64,000 nt of DNA from Rhynchopus sp. YZ270_cl-10 (taxonomy: Eukaryota): the NCBI GenBank assembly GCA_964035575.1, contig OZ037844.1, positions 124,001 through 188,000 of the forward strand, given 5' to 3'. Below are positions 33,498 to 42,772 of the stretch, piece after piece; within the stretch, counting starts at the first letter, position 1, and each line of letters starts with the position of its first letter. Made by a program: the position numbers and the translations under genes. A model generated the notes under the pieces. That model saw nothing but the letters and a program-made list of their open reading frames with translations, made no database searches and had not been told where the DNA came from.

Positions 33498-34586
33498 TCA
33501 GGACAGGTGTGAGATGTCAACGATCTCAACACCGTTACTCCCAGCGTACATGAGGACACCACCACAGCTGCTGATGGCAAGACCACAAGAATGGTTGCTC
33601 TCACATTCACGGTGCAGCAGTCGGTCTCCAGTTGAAATGGACCACACGCTAACATATGAAGAAGACTGGGCAGCAACAATGTCGTTGGACACAGCAACAT
33701 CAGTCCAGTAGCCTTCTGAGACGTCTTCAAATACACATTCACTTGTTGCAATGTTCCAGACACGGACGCAGTTGGTGCAACACGCTGCAATGAAACGCTG
33801 GTTTGGTGTCAGTGCCACATAACGAACACAAGAAAGGCATGTCAGAACAAGCACCTCCACCCCTGTCGTGTAGTCCCAGATAGTGACGTCTTTGCTGTTT
33901 CTGCCAAACATCGCCACCCTGTTGCCTGCCACAACCATCACGTAGTCGCTGTCCACAATGTGGTCCCATTCATGCACAACAACGCCTGTTGCAATGTCCC
34001 ACACCTGCAAACCCTTGTTTTTGCATCCCGACAACAGCTTTGTTCCACATGGTGACCATGCCTTGGTATACCTTTCATCACCTTCATCTCCAAAGGAGTG
34101 CTTCAATGCACCTGTCTTCACGTCATGAACTTCGGCATACTGCGCGTCCTTGTTGACAGATGAGATCCATTGACTGCACGGTGAGAATGCTGCGGCACTG
34201 GTAAATGCAGGGAAGCGGCACAGACGCTCATGTGTTCTTGTGTCGAAGACAGACATATGCTCCTCAGTCGACGACATCACTGCAAGGTGCCTGTCACACG
34301 GGGAGAGTGTGAGGGAGTAAGTCGCACTCGTGCCTGGTAGCACTCCAGGAGCGATGTTGGCACCAGTGTAGTACAGCTCAACGGCACATCCCTCATCCAT
34401 CTCCGTGTCGCAGATGCGCAAGTTGTCGTTGCCGATGTCGCCACCGCCTCTCATCCGCACACCAACATGCCGAGCACGAGGCACGCCAAGCTCCGCAACA
34501 AGCTTCCCCTTCACCTGTGCAAGGGTGGAGCTCCCGTCCACTTCTATCACACAGCTTGCAGACTCGAAGTGTCCTGTGATGTCCAT
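33498..34586 (-). CDS. Ubl-WD40 array copy 2
   Basis: Same architecture, intact ORF. Confidence 0.88.
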   Translation of the reverse strand: MDITGHFESASCVIEVDGSSTLAQVKGKLVAELGVPRARHVGVRMRGGGDIGNDNLRICDTEMDEGCAVELYYTGANIAPGVLPGTSATYSLTLSPCDRHLAVMSSTEEHMSVFDTRTHERLCRFPAFTSAAAFSPCSQWISSVNKDAQYAEVHDVKTGALKHSFGDEGDERYTKAWSPCGTKLLSGCKNKGLQVWDIATGVVVHEWDHIVDSDYVMVVAGNRVAMFGRNSKDVTIWDYTTGVEVLVLTCLSCVRYVALTPNQRFIAACCTNCVRVWNIATSECVFEDVSEGYWTDVAVSNDIVAAQSSSYVSVWSISTGDRLLHRECESNHSCGLAISSCGGVLMYAGSNGVEIVDISHLS

Positions 34587-34914
34587 GTTCAAAGGGTAAC
34601 TCTGTTCTGTGGGACTGGTGTGTGGGGAGGACAGAGAAGAGGGGTGGTGAAGGAAACGATATGTGTTCATTTGCAAAAACAAGAGAGATAACACCACACA
34701 CAGTTAGAGGTCCTCCCACCTTCCCACCCCAAGACGGGTAGTTGTGCTTCGCGTGTGCAAAAGCCACGAATGTCGCAGTCTCCATTGACAACCCACTCCC
34801 ACAACGAGAGACATGTGCATCTATCTTCACGTATCTTCCTGCGCGGAGTTACCCAGGCAAGGTGCAGGAAAGGGAAGCAAAGTTAGATGGCACCTTTCTG
34901 TTGTGGAAATGGGT

Positions 34915-36000
34915 TCAAGACAGGTGTGAGATGTCAACAATCTCAACACCCTTATCCACTCCATACATCAGCACACCACCACAGCTGCTGAGCGCAAGAC
35001 CGCAAGAATCGCTGTCGTCACATGAACGATGCAGCAGTTGCTTCCCTGTTGAAATGGACCACACGCACAAGGTATCAGAAATGTAGGCAGCAACAATGTC
35101 GTTGGACACAGCAACATCAAAACACCTGTTTTCTGAGACGTTTTCAAATACACATTCGCCTGTTTCGATGTTCCAGACACGCATAATTTTGTGGCAATAC
35201 GCTGCAATGAAACGCTGGGTTGGTGACAGTGCTACAGAACCAATACCAGAAGGGGTCGTAAGAACAAGCACCTTCACCCCTGTCGTGTAGTCCCAGATGG
35301 TGATATCTTTGCTGTAATCTCCCAACATCGCCACTCTGTCGCCTGCCACAACCATCACGTGCTTGCACTTCACAATGTGGTCCCATTCATGCACAACAAC
35401 GCCTGTTGCAATGTCCCACACCTGCAAACCCTTGTTTTTGCATCCCGACAACAGCTTTGTTCCACATGGTGACCATGCCGTGGCTCTCTTATGATCACCT
35501 GCATCCCCAAAGGAGCGCGTTAATGCACCTGTCTTCACGTCATGAACTTCAGCACAGTCCATGTTCCTGTTGATACATGAGATCCACTCACCGCACGGTG
35601 AGAATGTTGGGATGGAATTACACAAGCAAGGGAAGACGCACAGACGCTCATGTGTTCTTGTGTCGAAGATGGACAGACCACCCCTATTCCACATCACTGC
35701 AAGGTACCTGTCACACGGGGAGAGTGTGACGAAGAATGTGTCCTCCGAACCTCGTATCACCCCAGGAGTGATGTTGGCACCAGTGTAGTACAGCTCAACG
35801 GCACATCCCTCATCCATCTCCGTGTCGCAGATGCGCAAGTCGTCGTTGCCGATGTCGCCACCGCCTCTCATCCGCACACCAACATGCCGAGCACGAGGCA
35901 CGCCAAGCTCCGCAACAAGCTTCCCCACCTGTGCAAGGGTGGCGTTCCCGTCCACTTCTATCACACAGCTTGCAGACTCGAAGTGTCCTGTGATGTCCAT
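34915..36000 (-). CDS. Ubl-WD40 array copy 3
   Basis: Same architecture; in-frame one-codon deletion (QV-GKL); nearly identical to copy 6. Confidence 0.88.
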   Translation of the reverse strand: MDITGHFESASCVIEVDGNATLAQVGKLVAELGVPRARHVGVRMRGGGDIGNDDLRICDTEMDEGCAVELYYTGANITPGVIRGSEDTFFVTLSPCDRYLAVMWNRGGLSIFDTRTHERLCVFPCLCNSIPTFSPCGEWISCINRNMDCAEVHDVKTGALTRSFGDAGDHKRATAWSPCGTKLLSGCKNKGLQVWDIATGVVVHEWDHIVKCKHVMVVAGDRVAMLGDYSKDITIWDYTTGVKVLVLTTPSGIGSVALSPTQRFIAAYCHKIMRVWNIETGECVFENVSENRCFDVAVSNDIVAAYISDTLCVWSISTGKQLLHRSCDDSDSCGLALSSCGGVLMYGVDKGVEIVDISHLS

Positions 36001-36673
36001 GTTCAAAGGGTAACTCTGTTCTGTGGGACTGGTGTGTGGGGAGGACAGAGAAGAGGGGTGGGGTGGTGAGAAGGAAGCAGGGTAAGTTGTCATTTTTTTA
36101 TAATCCCTTTGTAAAACAACATTGTTTTGTTCTACCTTTTTGCTTTCAATATTTTTTATCCATTTACTTTTTTGTTGTTTGGGAGACACGCCCCACGTGT
36201 CGGTTCTGTGGAAAAACCCAGCACGGAACCACCTGTGTGCTGCCCCTTTTCATGTCTATCCATGGAAACTGTATCACAAGTGATACCGGGGGGAAAAGTT
36301 TGTAAAGTGCGGAAGACGCAAAATAAACTCGCGAACGAAAAAAGTGAAGTGGTGGTAATGGGGAGAATAAAACATTATGAAAAAATCTCCACTCTCATTC
36401 CGCAAGCTTCATTTCCGTTTTGGTTTTCTCCTCATAAAAAAATAAGAGAGATAACACCACACACAGTCAGAGGTCCACCTTCCCACCCCAACACGGGTAG
36501 TTGTGCTTCGCGTGTGCAAAAGCCACGAATGTCGCAGTCTCCATTGACAACCCACTCCCACAACGAGAGACATGTGCATCTATCTTCACGTATCTTCCTG
36601 CGCGGAGTTACCCAGGCAAGGTGCAGGAAAGGGAAGCAAAGTTAGATGGCACCTTTCTGTTGTGGAAATGGGT

Positions 36674-37759
36674 TCAAGACAGGTGTGAGATGTCAACAAT
36701 CTCAACACCCTTATCCACTCCATACATCAGCACACCACCACAGTTGCTGAGCGCAAGACCGCAAGAATGGTTGTTCTCACACGTACGATGCAAGAGTTGC
36801 TTCCCTGTTGAGATGGACCACAGGCACAACACATCAGAAGAGTAGGCAGCAACAGTGTCGTTGGACACAGCAACTTCGGTCCAGCCATTTTCTGAGACGT
36901 CTTCAAATACACATTCACCTGTTGCAATGTTCCAGACACGCACACAGATGCCCGTACAGGCTGCAATGAAACGCTGGTTTGGTGTCAGCGCCACATAAAT
37001 AACATCCAAAGGGCATGCCAGAACAAGCACCTCCACCCCTGTCGTGTAGTACCAGATGGTGACTACGTTGCTGCTCTGCGCAAACATTGCCACCTTGTCG
37101 CCTGCCACAACCATCACATAGCACCTCGCAATGTGGTCCCATTCATGCACAACAACGCCTGTTGCAATGTCCCACACCTGCAAACCCTTGTTTTTGCATC
37201 CCGACAACAGCTTTGTTCCACAGGGTGACCATGCCGTGCCCCACCTCTCATCACCTTCATCTCCAAAGGAGTGCTTCAATGCACCTGTCTTCACGTCATG
37301 AACTTCGGCATACTGCGTGTCCTTGTTGACAGATGATATCCACTGACTGCACGGTGAGAACAATGGAGCAGAACACTTCTGTGCAGGGAAGCTGCACAGA
37401 AGGTCCTGTGTCTCCGTATCGAAGATGGACACATTGTTCAGGCGATGCGTCACTGCAAGGTACCTGTCACACGGGGAGAGTGTCAGGAAATTTGTCTTAT
37501 CCGAACGTGGTATCACCCCAGGAGTGATGTTGGCACCAGTGTAGTACAGCTCAACGGCACATCCCTCATCCATCTCCGTGTCGCAGATGCGCAAGTCGTC
37601 GTTGCCGATGTCGCCACCGCCTCTCATCCGCACACCAACATGCCGAGCACGTGGCACGCCAAGCTCCGCAACAAGCTTCCCCTTCACCTGTGCAAGGGTG
37701 GCGTTCCCGTCCACTTCTATCACACAGCTTGCAGACTCGAAGTGTCCTGTGATGTCCAT
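36674..37759 (-). CDS. Ubl-WD40 array copy 4
   Basis: Same architecture, intact ORF; mosaic of segments seen in other copies. Confidence 0.88.
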   Translation of the reverse strand: MDITGHFESASCVIEVDGNATLAQVKGKLVAELGVPRARHVGVRMRGGGDIGNDDLRICDTEMDEGCAVELYYTGANITPGVIPRSDKTNFLTLSPCDRYLAVTHRLNNVSIFDTETQDLLCSFPAQKCSAPLFSPCSQWISSVNKDTQYAEVHDVKTGALKHSFGDEGDERWGTAWSPCGTKLLSGCKNKGLQVWDIATGVVVHEWDHIARCYVMVVAGDKVAMFAQSSNVVTIWYYTTGVEVLVLACPLDVIYVALTPNQRFIAACTGICVRVWNIATGECVFEDVSENGWTEVAVSNDTVAAYSSDVLCLWSISTGKQLLHRTCENNHSCGLALSNCGGVLMYGVDKGVEIVDISHLS

Positions 37760-38557
37760 GTTCAGGGGAGGTAAATCTGTTCTGTGGGACTGGTGTGTGG
37801 GGAGGACAGAGAAGAGGGGTGGGGTGGTGTTTGTGAAGGAAACAAAGATTTGTCATTTGCAATTTTATTTGTCCCTTTTGTCAAAATCTCTTTGTTGTGT
37901 ATGTTTCCTGCACTTCTTATTCTCTTCTTGTACTTTCTACCAACACAATGTCGTTATGAAACGCACGATGCACCACTTGACATAGATCCCCTTATACATC
38001 GGAAGGCAGACAGCAGCAGTATCGCGCAACATCAACACATTGCCTTCTGAGACAGGCACATGCCACACCCTCGAGAGCTTGAGTTCGTCATTTTGACAGA
38101 TGTGGTGTTCCCTGAGTATGGCACAATGATTACACATGAAGTAAACATGGACGACGTCCGTAACCTACAAGGCAGGCTGTACCTCTGACAGGACTGTGAA
38201 GAGATGTTGATGCGGGAAATGGTGACTTCGGCGTAAGAACTTAGATTGTTTGGTGATTGTGGTGCAGAATACGAAGGGTTGCAGGCAAGTTGGCGGTGCT
38301 CTGCGTAAGAAGAGCATTTGAGAAGAGGATGTTCGAACCTGTCGCATATTCGCAGCATTCGCCGAAGAAAGAACCAACCTTGCCCCCACCACTACCTTGT
38401 CAAAGCAAGTCGTCCTAACAAGTGTAGTGATCAGCTAAGCTAATTAGAAACGCAAAAAGCACTGGCTCGAGAGTCAGCGTATGTTTGTAGTATGATGTCC
38501 ATAAGGTGAACAGTATTGCTGACAACTGCGATCGTGCTTTGCTATGTGGAAGTGGGT

Positions 38558-39634
38558 TCACGACAGGTGTGTGATGTCAACAATCTCCACACCCTCATCC
38601 ACTACGTACATCAGCACACCACCACAGCTGCTGAGCGCAACACCGAGTATTACCCGTTCCTCAAATTCACGGCATAACAGTTGTTCCCCTGTTGAAATGG
38701 ACCACACGCACAACGCATCCACAGCGTAGGCAGCAACAATGTCGTTGGACACAGCAACATCAGTCCATGTGTTTTCTGAGACGTCTTCAAATACACATTC
38801 ACCTGTTGCAATGTTCCAGACACGCACAGATTGGATGCAACACGCTGCAATGAAACGCTGGTTTGGTGTCAGTGCCACATAATTAACACAACAAGGGCAT
38901 GTCAGAACAAGCACCTCCACCCCTGTCGTGTAGTCCCAGATGGTGAGTAGTTTGCTGCCAGACATTGCCACCCTGTTGCCTGTTGCAAGCAGAACGTAGC
39001 ACTCCACAATGTGGTCCCATTCATGCACAAGAACACCCGTTGCAATGTCCCACACCTGCAAACCCTTGTTCCTGCATCCCGACAACAGCTTTGTTCCACA
39101 GGGTGACCATGCCGTGGTCTTCCTATGGTCACCTGCATCTCCAAAGGAGTACGTTAATGCACCTGTCTTCACGTCATGAACTTCGGCGCACTCCAGGTTT
39201 TCGTTCACGCATGCGATCCACTTACTGCACGGCGAGAAGGATGGGACATAACTATACTCGCAAGGGAAGCTGCACAAACTCTCATGTGTTTCCGTGCCGA
39301 AGATGGACACACCATTCTCATGCATCACTGCAAGGTACCTGTCACACGGGGAGAGTGTGAGGGAGCAGGTCTCATCCGAACGTGGTATCACCCCAGGAAC
39401 GATGTTGGCACCAGTGTAGTACAGCTCAACGGCACATCCCTCATACATTTCCGTGTCGCAGATGCGCAAGTCGTCGTTGCCGATGTCGCCACCGCCTTTC
39501 ATCCGCACACCAACATGCCGAGCACGTGGCACGCCAAGCTCCGCAACAAGCTTCCCCTTCACCTGTGCAAGGGTGGAGCTCCCGTCCACTTCTATCACAC
39601 AGCTTGCAGACTCGAAGTGTCCTGTGATGTCCAT
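38558..39634 (-). CDS. Ubl-WD40 array copy 5
   Basis: Same architecture, intact ORF. Confidence 0.88.
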   Translation of the reverse strand: MDITGHFESASCVIEVDGSSTLAQVKGKLVAELGVPRARHVGVRMKGGGDIGNDDLRICDTEMYEGCAVELYYTGANIVPGVIPRSDETCSLTLSPCDRYLAVMHENGVSIFGTETHESLCSFPCEYSYVPSFSPCSKWIACVNENLECAEVHDVKTGALTYSFGDAGDHRKTTAWSPCGTKLLSGCRNKGLQVWDIATGVLVHEWDHIVECYVLLATGNRVAMSGSKLLTIWDYTTGVEVLVLTCPCCVNYVALTPNQRFIAACCIQSVRVWNIATGECVFEDVSENTWTDVAVSNDIVAAYAVDALCVWSISTGEQLLCREFEERVILGVALSSCGGVLMYVVDEGVEIVDITHLS

Positions 39635-39963
39635 GTTCAGGGGAGTAACTCTGTTCTGTGGGACAGGTGTGTGGGGAGGACAGAGAAGAGGGGTGGGGTG
39701 GTGTGAAGGAAACAGGGTAAGTTTTCATTTGCAAAAATAAGAGAGATAACACCTCGCCCAGTTAGAGGTCCTCCCACCTTCCCACCCCAAGACGGGTAGT
39801 TGTGCTTCGCGTGTGCAAAAGCCAGCAATGGCGCAGCCAACCCACTCCCCCAATGAGGTGTTTGTGCATCTATCTTTACGTATCTTCCTGCGCGGAGTTA
39901 CCCAGGCAAGGTGCAGGAAAGGGAAGCAAAGTTAGATGGCACCTTTCTGTTGTGGAAATGGGT

Positions 39964-41052
39964 TCAAGACAGGTGTGAGATGTCAACAATCTCAACACCC
40001 TTATCCACTCCGTACATCAGCACACCACCACAGCTGCTGAGCGCAAGACCGCAAGAATCGCTGTCGTCACATGAACGACGGAGAAGTTGCTTCCCTGTTG
40101 AAATGGACCACACGCACAAGGTATCAGAAATGTAGGCAGCAACAATGTCGTTGGACACAGCAACATCAAAACACCTGTTTTCTGAGACGTTTTCAAATAC
40201 ACATTCGCCTGTTTCGATGTTCCAGACACGCATAATTTTGTGGCAATACGCTGCAATGAAACGCTGGGTTGGTGACAGTGCTACAGAACCAATACCAGAA
40301 GGGGTCGTAAGAACAAGCACCTTCACCCCTGTCGTGTAGTCCCAGATGGTGATATCTTTGCTGTAATCTCCCAACATCGCCACTCTGTCGCCTGCCACAA
40401 CCATCACGTGCTTGCACTTCACAATGTGGTCCCATTCATGCACAACAACGCCTGTTGCAATGTCCCACACCTGCAAACCCTTGTTTTTGCATCCCGACAA
40501 CAGCTTTGTTCCACATGGTGACCATGCCGTGGCTCTCTTATGATCACCTGCATCCCCAAAGGAGCGCGTTAATGCACCTGTCTTCACGTCATGAACTTCA
40601 GCACAGTCCATGTTCCTGTTGATACATGAGATCCACTCACCGCACGGTGAGAATGCTGGGATGGAACTACACAAGCAAGGGAAGACGCACAGACGCTCAT
40701 GTGTTTCCGTGTCGAAGATGGACAGACCCCCGCTATTCCATATCACTGCAAGGTACCTGTCACACGGGGAGAGTGTGACGAAGAATGTGTCCTCCGAACC
40801 TCGTATCACCCCAGGAACGATGTTGGCACCAGTGTAGTACAGCTCAACGGCACATCCCTCATCCATCTCCGTGTCGCAGATGCGCAAGTCGTCGTTGCCG
40901 ATGTCGCCACCGCCTCTCATCCGCACACCAACATGCCGAGCACGTGGCACGCCAAGCTCCGCAACAAGCTTCCCCTTCACCTGTGCAAGGGTGGCGTTCC
41001 CGTCCACTTCTATCACACAGCTTGCAGACTCGAAGTGTCCTGTGATGTCCAT
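39964..41052 (-). CDS. Ubl-WD40 array copy 6
   Basis: Same architecture, intact ORF; nearly identical to copy 3. Confidence 0.88.
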   Translation of the reverse strand: MDITGHFESASCVIEVDGNATLAQVKGKLVAELGVPRARHVGVRMRGGGDIGNDDLRICDTEMDEGCAVELYYTGANIVPGVIRGSEDTFFVTLSPCDRYLAVIWNSGGLSIFDTETHERLCVFPCLCSSIPAFSPCGEWISCINRNMDCAEVHDVKTGALTRSFGDAGDHKRATAWSPCGTKLLSGCKNKGLQVWDIATGVVVHEWDHIVKCKHVMVVAGDRVAMLGDYSKDITIWDYTTGVKVLVLTTPSGIGSVALSPTQRFIAAYCHKIMRVWNIETGECVFENVSENRCFDVAVSNDIVAAYISDTLCVWSISTGKQLLRRSCDDSDSCGLALSSCGGVLMYGVDKGVEIVDISHLS

Positions 41053-41644
41053 GTTCAAAGGGTAACTCTGTTCTGTGGGACTGGTGTGTGGGGAGGACAG
41101 AGAAGAGGGGTGGGGTGGTGTTTGTGAATTCTTAAGGAAACAAAGATTTGCCATTTGCATAGAGAGACTCTTCCCACTTTCCCATGCCATGATGGGTAGT
41201 TGTGCTTCGCGTGTACAGCCAGAATGGTACGGTCCTCCGTACACGACGACACTACCGCAGATGGTCTTGACAAAAGAAAGTCATTCTCAAGTCCACCTGC
41301 AGCAGTTTTGTTGCTCCGCCGTGGGATGGAAGAGTGGAAGTTGTGCAAAAAACGCATCACCTTACAAGGTAGACGAAGAAAATGAGGTGCAAAAAAGATG
41401 AGAAAAAAAAAGTTGAAAATATGTATCTGTTGGAATAAAAAGGGGGCTTTTTTTATATATAAAAACTTAAATATGACACGGTCCGTGGGGGGTTGCTGGA
41501 CACCCATATTACTTAAAAGCTTAAAAACAGTAGTTACGTTTTTTTATGATACCCAGTATTTTTTTTTTAAATATATTTGCATCGAGATACTTCTGATAGG
41601 GGAATAGAGCTACTCAATTTTGTAAGGGGGGAAAAATAGCCCCA

Positions 41645-41715
41645 TCAGAGCCTTCAGGATTTTGCTCTTTAAACATTCCCTCCTACGTGAACAGTGAGTA
41701 GTTTGCGTGAAGAGA
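41645..41715 (-). pseudogene. Degenerate duplicate of the last exon of the CID-like gene
   Basis: Reads T*EGMFKEQ/ILKAL with a frameshift, versus TWEGMFDDQILKAV at 42795-42835. Confidence 0.5.
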
Positions 41716-42772
41716 GGCACTCATACGTAGAGGATACACACAGAAGAAGAGGCAGAGGTGAACGTCTTCCAGCACATCACCCCAGTATTGAGGTTCTCCA
41801 CTTCTCGAGGCCTCCGTCGGCACGGACAGATGGCGAAAAATACCCTCAAAAAGAGTGAATGTTTTTTTTTTCTATTGTCGAAACCTCTCGGAGTTATATT
41901 TTTGTCTCAGAAAAAAAAATCAAGAAAAAAAAGTTCGTAAGATGCATCCTTAGATTGTCACCCAAAAAAAAAAACCCCCCCCATTTTTTACGCAACCCCA
42001 TAACCGGAAGGGTTGCCTCTGTTGCCCTTCCTTCGTTGTCTTATATTACCGCCCCATACCCCACCATTTTTGCTTATTGTATTGTATGACACTAATCATT
42101 GAGCTGAAAAGTGCAAATTAAAAAAAAAGGCGTCAGCAAAACACCACCAAACAAATCGCAGCCCGAAACAGTACACGGACAGAACAACCCTTCCCCAGCA
42201 AATTGGTGGTGAGCATGCACCCATCTTTTTGTTGAAAACTTTGTTGGATTAAGTGTAGACACCCGAGGATGAACTCCACCATTTATTCCTTCTTTTTTTT
42301 GAAAAACAATTTACGGTTACCTGCATCTTACTGTTCAGGAACACACCGCCTGCAACGTGTTCTTAGTAACACGATTCCCCCCCCCCCCCCCCTTCACTAA
42401 AAACCTACCCGTTTACATAACTTTTTTTGATAAAAAAAAATCGAAAAAAATTATAGAAAAAATGCAATAAAAAACTCCCCTTTTTTTTGACGAAGCTATT
42501 GTGCCTATTACTTTTGAGGAGAATGTGGGAAGGGGAACATTCTTATTATTTACCCCCCCCATTACATCAGGTGTCGAAAACTAACAAAAAAAACAAAAAT
42601 CCCTCAGCAGGGCTCTCTACCCCCCCTGTCTGCCTGTTTGCATCGCATCCTCATCAGCACTACACGAAAGCATCCGACCGTTTTTATTTTATTTTTGGAG
42701 TCAACACCGCAGGAGAACTCTTACCCTCAGTGAAAAAGTAAAAAAAAAAAAAAGAGAGAGAAAAAAAAAAAA

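Noticed and set aside
37937..38392. Short ORFs between WD40 copies 4 and 5
   Set aside because: Fragmentary, with no recognisable homology.
32266..41052. Diversity-generating retroelement as the source of variation
   Set aside because: No reverse transcriptase or template repeat in the window; changes include indels and are not obviously adenine-restricted.
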